Shown here piece after piece: positions 37,620 to 50,511 of a stretch of 64,000 bases of DNA. The position numbers and the translations under genes are program-made. Numbering within the stretch: the stretch's first letter is position 1; each line of letters starts with the position of its first letter. The stretch covers positions 1,364,001 through 1,428,000 of the forward strand of contig JAWMAR010000268.1 in the NCBI GenBank assembly GCA_036785375.1. Reading direction: 5' to 3'. Under the pieces are notes generated by a model. That model worked only from the letters and a program-made list of their open reading frames with translations. It did no database searches and was not told the DNA's origin. Source of the DNA: Leucoraja ocellata. Lineage: Eukaryota.

Positions 37620-38425
37620 GCGTGTCTGGGTGGAGTTTGCATGTTCTCTGCGACTATGTGGGTTTCTTCCAGGTGCATCCATTTCCTCCCACAACCCAAA
37701 GACATGGTAGTTGACAGGATAACTTCCCAATGCAATTTAGTGCCAGTGGGTGAGATGCAAGAGTAAAAGGTGAGGAGAGAAATAGTCGATGAACATATGC
37801 GGGGTGGACAGAGAGAAGGGGGGGTGGACAGAGAGAAGGGGAGTGGACAGAGAGAAGGGGGGTGGACAGAGAGAAGGGGGGTGGACAGAGAGAAGGGGAG
37901 TGGACAGAGAGAAGGGGGGTGGACAGAGAGAAGGGGGGTGGACAGAGAGAAGGGGGGTGGACAGAGAGAAGGGGGGTGGACAGAGAGAAGGGGGGTGGAC
38001 AGAGAGAAGGGGGGTGGACAGAGAGAAGGGGGTGGACAGAGAGAAGGGGGTGGACAGAGAGAAGGGGGTGGACAGAGAGAAGGGGGGTGGACAGAGAGAA
38101 GGGGGTGGACAGAGAGAAGGGGGGTGGACAGAGAGAAGGGGGTGGACAGAGAGAAGGGGGGTGGACAGAGAGAAGGGGGGTGGACAGAGAGAAGGGGGGT
38201 GGACAGAGAGAAGGGGGTGGACAGAGAGAAGGGGGTGGACAGAGAGAAGGGGGGTGGACAGAGAGAAGGGGGGTGGACAGAGAGAAGGGGGTGGACAGAG
38301 AGAAGGGGGGTGGACAGAGAGAAGGGGGGGTGGACAGAGAGAGCAAGAAAAGGGAGAGAAAGAATAAGAGAGTGAATGACATGGTCTTCATTGGGCCAAA
38401 GGGCCGAGTGCCTGTATTGTATAAG
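37620..38425 (+). mobile_element. Old V-SINE-like element hosting the minisatellite
   Basis: V-domain-like GTGGAGTTTGCATGTTCTC…GTGGGTTTCTTCCAGGTGC…TTTCCTCCCACA upstream and TGGGCCAAAGGGCC…CTGTATTGTA tail downstream of the array. Confidence 0.55.
37801..38342. repeat. Minisatellite, ~29 copies of GTGGACAGAGAGAAGGGG(G), 18-19 bp
   Basis: Nearly homogeneous tandem array; copies vary mainly in G-run length. Confidence 0.97.
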
Positions 38426-41400
38426 TTCATGCAGAGTATTCTGTTCCTTGGAAAGTATAAGCCAATTATATAGAAATGTAATTGTGGTGTCTGCTAAAAT
38501 TGTCATGGGTGCCAATTTCATGAATCTATTTAAGCCAAGTGGCAACCCTTCTGAATGTCTTTGAACAGTTCTACTTTGTGGTATCTGGAATTAAAATACA
38601 TAACATGGACATGTATTGCTGCTTCCCATTTTAATGATATATCAGCTCAATTAACTCAACTGATAAGAACACAATGTGGCCACTTTATTTCAGCTACAGG
38701 AACGAGTCTGTCTACAAACAAAGCAACTCAATAACTGACACTTGGGTAACAGGCAATGTAAGGTGTTCTAAGGTCCAGTTGTTTAACAGCTGTTTTTACC
38801 AGAAATACAGCTTTCAATCTCATTTTATTAACTGCCAATCACTATGCAAGCTCTGCTTTTTTTCTTTCATGCGATCCATATAAAACAGCTATTCCAACCA
38901 ACCAATCGATCCCTGTGACCCCAAAGTCAAAAGTAAAATACATGTGTTTTAAAAGCAAAAAGAATGTTCACCATTACAAAATATGCAAGTCAAAATAAAT
39001 AAGATATACAATTGCATACAAAACAACAGTTTTGGAACAGTGAATTTTTTTATCACAATAAATTGGAATACAATGTCCAGTTTCTTTTTCCCCCAAAAAA
39101 ATCACATCTGTTTTGGCTTACAAATTTCTTTTTAAAAAAGTAAAAAAACAAAGTAGCCAACGAGTGCTAAAGTTTTGACTGAGGGGCCAGCAATGCCAGT
39201 TCAAAGAGAAGTTAAGGTTTCTGTTCTGCTACTTGGATTCAAAAGGATATTTAACGAAATACCTCGATAACAACATTATTTCTGGTTGAATGCAATGTAT
39301 GAATCCATACAAATATTGATTTTAAACATATGGCTATGATCCACTCTGAAACCCTGCACCAACAACAAAGAAAGAATTGTAATGAGCCATTCCCAACCAT
39401 CACCAATCTGGTCGAGAGACTGGCAAGAGTGACACCATCCTTGATCCCGCGCCAATTTAGATTTAAAGTGATATATTAAACTGTAGTAGCAAATGCACAA
39501 TAATTAGGGCCTTTTTCAGAGACCACACAGCACCATTCTCAGAATAATTCAACCCAATCCTAAAAAAGATTGCAGCACCAATTCCTATCCAAAAGACTAG
39601 GATTTTAGTTCCCAAATAGGCAAATTCAATTTGTTACAAAATAAGGCTGCCACATAATTAACTTTTCTCCAAGAAATGCATTTTAGACTTGCGGCCAAGA
39701 GTCTTTCAAAGGCAAATGTCCAGCCCCACAGTCAAAAACACCTCCAGCGTAAGTATACCAACAATAAAACCAACCACACCATCACAGAATTTGCCCCGGA
39801 AGAAATATCAAGGTTTGAAAACCTGCAGATTAAATCTTTTTATTTATACACTTTTTTCTAAAAAAAGCAAGTCTCACCAGTGTTTAAAATCATGCATGTC
39901 AGATGTGTACAAATTTTAATGCACTTTAAAAAAAAATGAAAGCGTAAAGTTAAAGAATTTCAAAATATTCAGTCTGAAATATTTATGAGCTGAAACGATG
40001 GCTTCAAATTTACCAACAATTCTGAATGGCTCAAATATCACCTGCCTTTAAAAGCAGAACCAATATTGCCATATTGGTCAATTTCTACCGTGACAAACAA
40101 GTGAGATTGTAACTTCCAATGGTGAAGGCAATCACGATAAATATTCAGGGGAATGAGGTTTGATGCAAGTGCATTAAATCCACCAGACTTGAAATACTGT
40201 CACAAATCTCAATAAATTAAAGAAAGATGCAAAGTCACATACAGTGATACTGTAGATTACTTCACTTCCATAAGAATTTCACTAAAGGTTATTGACAGGT
40301 AAGGGAAGATGTTTACTTGCATGACAAGGGTGAAACTATTTATCCTTTTGTGTCAGATCACCAAGGATAGCAGTGGTTGGAAGAATGTAATACAAATATA
40401 AGTGATGCAATACACACAATGGGTGATAACTCCCCAAATAATTTGAATGTCAATAAAGTCATTTGTTCTTCTTTCACTCAATGACTTGTGCTCCATTATA
40501 CATTCTTCTGCCTCGGGAGAATCAAAAGCTGATGGGAGCACCAATAACCTCGGTACAAAAATGCACAAAGAAATCGTTACTGCAGAAAATTCACCCTCAG
40601 TGGGGGTTGCCAGAAATTTCCAAAAGGTGGGAGCTGATCTGAAGAACAAAAATCAAATGCTCTCTGCATCATTGCAACTAAACAGTTTAAAACTTAAAAT
40701 CTTTCTGTGGCATGTAACGCAAGGAAATATTCCAAAGTTCCAAAGCACAATTTGTATCTCTGCAAACCTTGCTGAAAATTCAACAGTAAAATATACTGTG
40801 ATGACAATATGAACTGTAATAGGTGCATATGTTGAGTACAAAGCCGGCCATTTAGATTGAAAATCTGATCACATCTTAATACACCGGCATAATACGATGT
40901 GTACATGGATGACCAACAATCTGAAGGTGAAACCAATGCTTGGCAGAGTAGAAAGGTTCGAGGTTTGAATATTAATCTGTGATGAATCAGTGGATTTGAA
41001 CCAGAATATAACAGCTGGCATTATATCACAAAATTCTCATTGGATTCTCGAGCATTTCTGCAGCACCCGAGTGAAAATTCAAACATCTACATGGGAATAG
41101 GGTATTGGAGATGAACTCAATCAAGCAATGCTGTGCTGCCTCCAGTAATCAAATTATCTTAACATCCAATATGGATATCTAGGAGCGCACGTTTGATAAC
41201 TTTAAGCAGTGCGAGCAACAGCAAAGCACTAAATATGAATTTAATTACAATGTTTCATCCCAAAAATTTGTGACCCATCATATCTAAGAATATGAAATAT
41301 TACTCTCATTGCCAAATTCAATAACATAGAAATTTGAGGAATCGCACGAAATCCATTTGTCCGAACTCGTCTTCACAGGCATATACCCATCGTTGGCCGA

Positions 41401-43650
41401 CAATTCACAAATTTTTATACATCTTTGAAAAAATTGTTCTATATACTTCAACTTTTTGTTTTGGTTTAAATCGAGTTTGCTACATCCCAAAATGTTAGCT
41501 CTCTACAATTAGGCTCTCGCCTTCTCACAAAATAAAGACAGATGGTGCAATATTACCGAGCTGTGCTGTACATTTAAAAATACTTCTCAATACTTGCAAT
41601 TGTATTTTATTAGATGTATTTACTAAATCCAATGTGTTAACTCTGAAGGAAGCTTTTGGACTTCCCAACTCTGTGCAGTTTACATGCCTCAACATCCAAA
41701 CACATCTACGACCCAGCCCCAATACAAGATTTTATCTTGTACTTGTATGATAATCACAGCAGGAACAATGTAATATGCAGCCGGCTGACCTCTCAGTTCC
41801 AAACTCCGCACTCTGTGGCTATTACACAATTCAATCTGTAGAAAGGTACAGCTTACAACTAAAAAAATTTACTCATCTCAAAGATAGCATTTGTGTAAGA
41901 AATCACAATATCCAAAGACCATACATACCGTAACACGCATGAACATTACAAAAATAAAACTGTTGACAATTATCTTGGATATATTAAATACACACAGCAA
42001 GAGCACCTTAATCGGTCTGTAACCGAATCTTGAATGACCAACTAATGTACATAATGAAATTACCCACTAAACTGGAGGTGCACATAATGTTAATTAGAAA
42101 CCTTATGCTCAATTATTCCTAATCAGAATATCAATTACTCATATTTCAGTGGAAAAAATGCTTTGATTTCATGACATTTGGATGGGGGGGGGGGGGGGGT
42201 TAGAGAGAGGGAAAGGAGAGCAACTAAAGAACTCTGAAGGTCAAAATTGAAGAGTTGAAAAATTTGAAATGATCTACAAGACTAGAAAACAAGCTTCCAG
42301 AAAACTTGACCGCACTTTTCCACATTTTTATAATTAGCTAGGTTACGAGTCAGCCCTGTAGACAATTCCTCTGCAGTCAGTGGAAGCAATCAGGAACAAG
42401 GAAGAGGGGGCTTGGGTTAAGGGGTCCTGTCAAATTGCAGCCCTCAAACAATCTTCAGGGCAGAACTCTTGACTGAGTGAAAGCCTGTGTATTAAACATA
42501 TTTTAATGGTGTGCAACTTAATCACAGGATATGATAGGATTTTAGTTCAAATGTTCAGCAATGACTCTGTTGTGGGTAGTGACAATTAACAAGATCTGAC
42601 GTGGTCATATATGCACAACTGGTCTTTTCTGAAAATTATAGTTAAGTGGAAATATCTAGGTGGTAAATTACAAGACCATCATTTTAAACTACGTCTGATG
42701 CAAGAGAAAATATACAAGCAAAGTTTGAAATAACCGGCTCCAAGATTAAGGGACAGCCTTGCAACTAACTAACCGGGCATTTTCTACAATAGTAAAAAAA
42801 AATAATGGTACATAATTAAATAGCTTACTTGCTTTAAATGCGAAATCTCACTGAGTCGACGGCCATGAAGGTGTAGTAGTAGAACGCAGGATGTAGATAA
42901 TTTTTTGCCAATTGTAACAGTTGAAAAGGATAAAGATCTGTAGCCCACCAGGTTTTTTCTCCTCCTTTTGCTGTCCTCTCACTGTTTATATAATCAAATT
43001 TAGACAATGCACATGTACCTTACTGCGCAAGAGTCCACAGTGCACATGGAGTTGGGGAATATCTTGAAACCTGCCCCTTTCACAGCAGATCTGTGTTAGC
43101 ACCAACCATCTGAAATGCTACACGAACTGCACTCAGGTGAACGCCATGTTTTGTAAACAGCATTCCAATTGCATGTCCTGACCAGAAATCCTTCATACAT
43201 TTTTTTTTTAGACAGGTGAAGCAAATTTCATTTGCTGGTAGTCAAACGTCGATCTTTCAAAAGACGAGGTAGAAAAAAACCAATCCTGCTTTTTCCAAGA
43301 GCAAAACAATTTTCTCTGTTGAAGCTGCTTTCTAATTTAAGTGCAACTTAAGCTCTTTTTATGGCTTTCAATGGTCACTGTCAGCATTATTGCACTTTTT
43401 CTATGCAGCTTAAACAGACTAGCGCTAGAATTTCTTCCAGACATGTTGTTCTTTTAACACAAGGAACTACTGGTAAAAAGCTCCATTAATCTGGCAAACT
43501 GTATGTATTGCAGTGATAATTAGAAGTCACTGGTTGTCGGTTGGAAACTACGATGGGTGGTTTACAGAGAGTACGTGGGGCAGAGGGGAAACAGACTTTG
43601 CCAGCGCCAGGCTAGCAACAGGCTCAATTACTGAAAGAATTGACGCTAAC

Positions 43651-43773
43651 CTGTTTCAGAGTCGTTGCTCTCAGAGGAGCTGGAGTCACTGCTACTGTCT
43701 GACTCAGAAGAACTGCTGCTGCTTCTCATCCTTGATGGGCCTCCCACATCCATGCTTACGTCATGCTTCTCAG
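43651..43773 (-). CDS. BRD4: BRD4 SEED exon (AEKHDVSMDVGGPSRMRSSSSSSESDSSSDSSSSESNDSET)
   Basis: Matches BRD4 AEKVDV…[21 protein letters not shown]; acceptor ctttgtacag|CT, donor G|gttagc; 123 nt, phase 1 to 1. Found manually. Confidence 0.92.
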
Positions 43774-44439
43774 CTGTACAAAGAGAATTATTGTGTAAGT
43801 AACAGGACTAAGTAATCTGCTAAACATCAATACTGAAACTAACTGGCTTGTCTACAGTTTTAAGTTGCAATTTACCTTTGGGTTTTGTTGATTACTATCA
43901 ATTATAGGCACTACTTAAGACAATGTTGTACATTAATACATTAGGAAGGAGTCACAATTCTTACTTATCTATTCTTAAAATGTTTTAAACAAGTTCCATA
44001 ATTGTCATTTCAACTCAATTTGAAGAATCAGCCAAAATGAAGTTAAACTGGTTAACCTCTAAATGTTCAAGTTAATTAGGTGTCAACCTCAAATTTTACT
44101 GCAAACACCGTCAGGGCATCTATGAGAAAATGGACCCAATTCATAACGCTACTTCTCCCCGTCATAACAAGCAAATTAAACATATTCTGTCTAAAAGAAT
44201 GAAACTCTAAAATATTGAACAGATTGATAATTTAATAGTTTTCTCCTAATATAAGTGGATAGAGAATAATAATTAAAGAAACAACAGATGTATGACAAGG
44301 TCTATCACTCAGGGAAATTCACTTTTTGCAAACAAAAATAAATGCAGGATACACCAGGTTACAAATTTGGGGTCAGTAAAAATAAAGGACAGCAAAGCAA
44401 TGAAGCCATTCCAAGTAGAGAAGACCTCACACGGAATAG

Positions 44440-44948
44440 TACTCAGTTCTGCTGTAATGTGATAATTGCGTTCGAGCGAAATCTTGTGTCACGGAAAATT
44501 TAAAACAATGTTAACAATGGAGAACGGAGGGTCTGGGGCAAGAGAGTTTTAGATTCGCAATAACCAAGTTACAAATGAGGGACTTTTTAATAGTGAAAAT
44601 ATTTTGAATATTGAATATTGAAAATATTAAAGTATCATAGAATGTCAATTGAACGGATTATATTTGTCAATTTCAATGGGTATCTGAGGTGAAACTTGCA
44701 GGCTGTTCTTAAGAGACAACGGCCTCTGATTATTGCAGGGAAGTTATGTGGAAACAACGGACTGTTTTTATTTTCCCCAACGGGGCTATCTTTTTCTGCT
44801 TGTCAATTTCCAAAGTAACTTAAAGTGGTTCTCTAGCTCCCCATACAACAAATTCAGCCTGTATAAAACTGATAATGTTCCCCAACTCATCAATTGTGTT
44901 CCATCCACTGAGTATTATGGAAACATGCGTTATAGCAGAACGACCTGC
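44440..44948. mobile_element. Non-autonomous Tc1/mariner-Tigger-like DNA transposon
   Basis: Ends CAGTTCTGCTGTAAT… and …GCGTTATAGCAGAACGACCTG are inverted; the internal sequence is shared with 53310-54060. Confidence 0.55.
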
Positions 44949-45470
44949 ATTCGCATGAAAGTTATTAATTTAAGCACAAGTTCAAATTCCTGACTTATTG
45001 GATTCAATCATTGTAGAGTGCTTTTGAATACTCGTCGTGGACTAATGAGGTCAAGGCTAAACGCTGAGAATTATATTTAGGAACAGGCCACATTGCAAAT
45101 TATTTTCATACTTTGAATCAGAATGATTTTAGCAACGGACTACCCAAGTCCAAGACAGCAACTTATGAGTCTTGATATTCCAGCAGCTTCATGGGCATTC
45201 ATTTATGGTAATCAAGTGTGCATCAGGAAGCTATGCTGAATCAAATCGAATGTCTTCACTCAATATAAAGCCACGATGAGCTCCTACTTTAATGCAGCCA
45301 TCATACTTCGAGCATTAAGAATTGATTTTGACATACCTTCCCACTTAATTTAGTTTGCTTTACAATTTTGACAAATGCATTTTTTATTAATTTCACACAC
45401 ATTCCACAATAACTAACAATTGTTACATTAATATGAATAAAGATTAGTCAACTGTTACATTAATATGAAT

Positions 45471-45565
45471 CAGTATGAAGGGTCTTGACCTGAAACATCA
45501 CCCATTCCTTCTCTGCAGAGATGCTGTCTGACCCGCTGAGTTAACCCAGCATTTTGTCTACCTTT
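45471..45565 (+). mobile_element. Short Penelope-derived pLTR fragment
   Basis: TGAAGGGTCTTGACCTGAAACATCACCCATTCCTTCTCTGCAGAGATGCTG…GCTGAGTTA…AGCATTTTGTCTACC. Confidence 0.6.
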
Positions 45566-46150
45566 GAATCAAGATTAAGAGAGCAGGAGAGCTCCCAGTC
45601 TCTCCAACAAGTTCATATTATTGCTTAATAGAATTAGTTTATTATTTTATTTACACCAGCTCGTAAACCTAATCCATGAAAATAATTTGGAAGGGGATTC
45701 AAATCGAACCTGTGCACTCGATATACAAGGATATCCAAGTCCCTTGGACTGCTTTAAAAATTCAGCATTTCTGATTTTTCTACCAAAGCAGATAATCACA
45801 CATTTTTAGACTTTCTATTCCAACTGCCAAATTATTTAGCTTGACTCTATCACTTCTGCACATCCTCAGCACAACTCACATCCACATTATTTTGTGTCAT
45901 TAGAAATGTTACATTTTGTCCCATTGGCTAAAGTGTCAATAACAATTGTGGTAAATTTAGGACCAAAGCTCCAATTCCCATGGCACTCAATGAAAGGGAA
46001 CAATTTATACCCACTATGTTTTTTACTGTCCAACTCTCAATTCAAGCTAGTCTATTAGTTCCAATTCCACATGCTCAAACCTTTTTCGCCAACCCTTTGA
46101 GTGGAAATCAGAAGCCTTCCAAAAATGCAAATGCCCAAATCACACTAATC

Positions 46151-46466
46151 ACGGTGGCGCAGCGGTAGAGTTGCTGCCTTACAGCACTTGCAGCGACGGA
46201 GACCCGGGTTCGATCTCGACTACGGGTGCTGTCTGTAAGAGTTTGTACGTTCTCCCCATAACTGTGTGGGTTTTCTCCGAGATCTTTGGTTTCCTGCCAC
46301 ACTCCAAAGACGTACAGGTTTGTAGGTTAATTAGCTGATATACGTGTAAATTGTCACTAATGTGTGTAGGATAGTGTTAATGTGCGGGGATTACTGGTCG
46401 GTGCGGACTGGGTGGGCTGAAGGGCCCGTTTCCGCGCTGTATCTCTAAACTAAAACTAAACTAAAT
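46151..46466 (+). mobile_element. Near full-length V-SINE (HE1-like)
   Basis: A box TGGCGCAGCGG, B box GGTTCGATC, V-domain, LINE-derived tail GGGCTGAAGGGCCCGTTTCCGCGCTGTATCTC and (CTAAA)n end. Confidence 0.88.
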
Positions 46467-47569
46467 CTATACTAGATATTTCAAAACATTGTGGAGTACA
46501 GAGGCAAATAAATAAACAATGGATCTTTGCCCCAAACATTATGGAGGGCACTGTGTATATCATCTGTATATGTTATTCATTTTCGGGCATATTAACTCCA
46601 TCTGTAAATTTCTATACTAATTTATTTTTATAATATTTAGTATTTAGCATATAACAATATTTTTGGAAGATTTTTCATGTCCATGACATCAAAATATTTG
46701 CCCCCCCCCCCCCCCCCCCCCGGAGCTAAACATTTCCGATTCAGATAAAATAATAATAAAATGGCTAGCGATTAATGTATGTGTGAAAAAACTGATTAAA
46801 ATGTCAGGAGTTCACACAGTTGCACCACAGTTTGTGCACATGCTGCGTAGCTGTGACAAAATAATTATTCACCATTTGAAGTTGTCTTTATTTAATCTCT
46901 TGTTACTTTTCTTGAGTTACAGATTTCTATACAAAATTTAAGTAATATATGGGTCTGAAATCAAGAGGCAAGTAGATAATAGGGCAGGTTAAATGGTGGA
47001 CATCACTGGAGATAGCCTGGTATTTTGTCCTATAGCTTCCGAGCATAACTTTTCTCAGAGACAGTTCATAAGTCATCAAAAAGATTGATTTATTACTTGA
47101 TGTAACAAGATTCGGGACTTTAATCATTCCATTACTGCACCCACTCACATTGAAGTAAGTGAACAGTGGAACATGAAGAACATTGTCTCCATTTATTGTT
47201 ATCATGTTATAAACTTAAACAGGTCCTTGAATCTCCGTGAGCACAGTATAAGCATAATTGACTGCTAGATACAAGTAAGGCATAGGGTCAAATATCAAGT
47301 TACAGACAAGGCAATACTCATCAATAACATACTCTGATAAGGTAGTGCTGGCAATTCATGGAATTTACAAATTTGTCCTTCAGTTTAGATTAGCTATGAA
47401 TTATTTGCTCTCAAAGGTAACTTCAGGCAGGGTTCATTAGACGGCAGTTCGTTTCACAAGAGACATAGATTTTCACTGATGAAACATTCATAGATGATGA
47501 TTTGTGCAGGAGCAAATATTAATGGGCATTTACTTTTGTGTACTGACCAGGTTGTATACTTTTCTAGGA

Positions 47570-47717
47570 TATGAGAGTGGGAGAAAACCGAAGATATCGG
47601 CAAAAAACCCACGCAGGTCACGGGGAGAACATACAAACTCTGTGCAGACAAGCGCCCGTAGTCAGGATCGCACCCGGGTCTCTGGCATTGTAAGGCAGTA
47701 GTCACCGTGTCGCCCAT
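47570..47717 (-). mobile_element. V-SINE 5' portion
   Basis: Reverse complement of the SINE head and V-domain (CCCACGCAGGTCACGGGGAGAAC…GTAGTCAGGATCGCACCCGGGTCTCTGGCATTGTAAGGCAG). Confidence 0.75.
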
Positions 47718-48099
47718 GTTCTTCTACTTTTCCCAGTAAGATAATCATACCTGGCCATAATTAGCATCTCAAAAGTAACCTCAAAGCAACAATTACACAA
47801 ATTCTTGACCCACATTGATTCATGCGTTGCAAAAAACACAGCAACTGGACTCCTCCTCTTTATCTATCCATTTCCCATGTCAGACTCTACACATCTGTCA
47901 CAGATGCAGAACATTGCTAAACAATGAAAATGAATGGCTTGAAATGTACAACTTGTTGCAACTATTGTCAACTATCATTTTCAGCAACTACTACATCGCA
48001 GTGGCCCAAATGAAGCAAGGCAGGTTAATGGTTAAATACAGCTAATCCAGACTTAAAATGCATGCGAGCCAGACTTTGCGTGACTTATTGTGTAAAAAT

Positions 48100-48502
48100 G
48101 AACTGCAGATGCTGGTTTAAACTGAAGATAGACACAAAAAGCTGGAGTAACTCAGCGGGACAGGCAGCATCTCTGGAGAGAAGGAATGGGTGGCATTTCG
48201 GGTTGAGACCATTCTCAGACTGGTTAGGTATAAGGGAAACGAGAGATAGACGGTGATGTGGAGAGATAAAGAACAATTCTGCCATTGTCAGATTGAGGCT
48301 AAATGCTGTTTCCTTTATTATCTTTACTTTTTTTGCATATCTTTCATTCATTTTTCTTTATCTCTGCACATCACCGTCTATATCTTTCGTTTCCCTTATC
48401 CCTAACCAGTCTGAAGAAGGGTCTCGACCCAAAATGTCACCCATTCCTTCTCTCCAGAGATGCTGCCTGAGCCGCTGAGTTACTCCAGATTTTAGTGTCT
48501 AC
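48100..48502. mobile_element. Penelope-derived long inverted repeat (~150-bp arms)
   Basis: 48129-48277 is the inverse complement of ~48350-48501; hammerhead-like core with CpG-type decay at 48411-48438 (CTGAAGAAGGGTCTCGACCCAAAATGTC). Confidence 0.8.
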
Positions 48503-50511
48503 GAGAGACTTATTGACAGGAGAGCAGGGGTCGGGAAGAAAAACGTTCCTCCCAAGGTGAGGATCATGAGTGATTATGACGGAAGATGTTAAGATAACGA
48601 GAACAGATAGCTGTTCATAATGGCAACACTTCTATTTGCAGGGGTTAGGAGAACAATGGAACAAAATGTTAGTTTATGTGCAGATTTGCCATAAACCTTC
48701 CAAACAGTGTGTGACTTGTGTTTAGTCATGACAAAGTAGAGTTAAGAAGAGTATTCAGTAACATGAACAGTGACTGTGCAGATCCCTGGATTGGTTTGAT
48801 CAATTTAAAGATATTAGAGATGAATTTTCAAAGATTATTTATATATTACTTCGGATTTCACCGTACCCAATGGTTATTGATTTAACATACATCATGATAC
48901 TCAAAATGATGGCATAGTCCCATGTACTTTAAACTATTGCAGTCCTGCTTTCGCTTCCTAGCTATCATTTTCAAAATCTTTGATGGTGCTTTAAAAAAAA
49001 TCTTTGTGATGTTTTATTCTTTGTAGAATTTACCTTCCCTGAGAAATTGCTTGAACAAATTCTCTAGTTAAATCTCCAAATATTGAAATGTTCATTTTAT
49101 CTGACCCTCTGCTAGTAACAATGTATCTAAAGCGCTTTCAATCAGCTGGTACTGGACTCACATTAACATAGTCTCTTACCACAATGTTCCTTCATATAAC
49201 CAGGCAAAGTCACCCGGGGGACAAGAAATACAGCAACCGGAAAAACATCACTTCCTTACAACATGGTAATCAAGAAAACTTAACCAAAGAACAAGGAGGG
49301 TTATGCTTTCGTACATTAATGTATTTCTTCAATAACTGACTTCTAAAAATATCTGCATCATTCCATTCAATTACATAAAGCATGCAAGACCATTTTACTT
49401 CCAATTAAATACTTGTTAAGTATAACAATAGCTCAAACGTAGCATTACAGTGTGGTTCCACCCACAACTTCATTGTTTGAGCATAATCATGATTTAACAC
49501 ATTTATCAACACTGGACATATTACAGCCAAGCACTATTGTAGCTTTCTGGGTTTCAGTAGGAATAACCGTAATGAGACCTAGAGTACAAGATCATTCCAA
49601 CTTACCCGCACCACAAAAAACACAGGGCAGGGCAGAAAGGCAATTGCTGCATCCATATCATCATCCATGCTGATACAAAATTGTTCAGCTCAAGCATAGA
49701 ACGAAACCCAAAGGAAAACCGTTTTATTTTTTTGGGAGGCCAGGATTTATTGTCCATCCCAAAATGCCTTTGAAAATGAGGTGGTGAACTGAACTGTTGA
49801 ACTGAATTTTGAACTGCTTCAGAGATTTTGGTGAAGGAACTCCATTGTTGACGATGACTACCAGGATTTAGAACCAGCAATGATGAAATAATAGCAACAC
49901 ACATGCTAATGTCCCATATGCCTAACGTCCCTATTCATCTTAGTGATGAGAGGTTTTTGGCTTGGGAAGACCTTTCCTCGTGATCCTGATGAGAAATTGC
50001 AGTGCATTTGTGGATGGCACACGGTGCAGCCACCGATCCAGGAAAGGGAGAGAAGTCCAACACACTCCCGAATTGTGATAAGGCTTCAGGAGATGATTCG
50101 TTCGCTGAAAGATAATTGTATCTGAGCTGGTCTCATAACCACATTATTGATGTGGCTGGCTCTTTTGAGCTTCTGGTCAATGGTTTGGAGTGGAGTCACC
50201 AAAGTAAAACCAAAACTGGGCAGCAGCCATTTGTCGGCACTGTTAATTAATGATTGAGAGTAGGTAGTAATGTGAAATCATATTTCTTTTTGTGAACGGT
50301 ATATGTGGTCCTTTTTCCACATGATCAAGCAGATACCAGTGTTGCTTCTGGAACAGCTTGGCTGGAGACAGTTCATCAACTGCAATTCTACAATGAGGAT
50401 AACTGGAGCCAGCAGCCTTTATCGTAGCCAGTGTTCGCAGTAGTTTCATGTCACATGAAGTGAATCAAATAGATTGAACACTGTCTTCTGTGAAGGTTTG
50501 ACCATGCACCG

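Noticed and set aside
37801-38342. Possible CRISPR-like array
   Set aside because: Head-to-tail units with no unique spacers, in a vertebrate intron.
37613-38545. Long ORFs (192-310 aa) in five frames
   Set aside because: Translations of the stop-free minisatellite; no protein signal.
40353-40812. Overlapping 98-aa and 121-aa ORFs as a nested gene
   Set aside because: No recognisable homology or domain; lengths are compatible with chance in 64 kb.
46151-46225. tRNA gene
   Set aside because: The A/B boxes belong to a SINE head followed by a V-domain and LINE-like tail; the same applies to 289-360 and 29000-29067.
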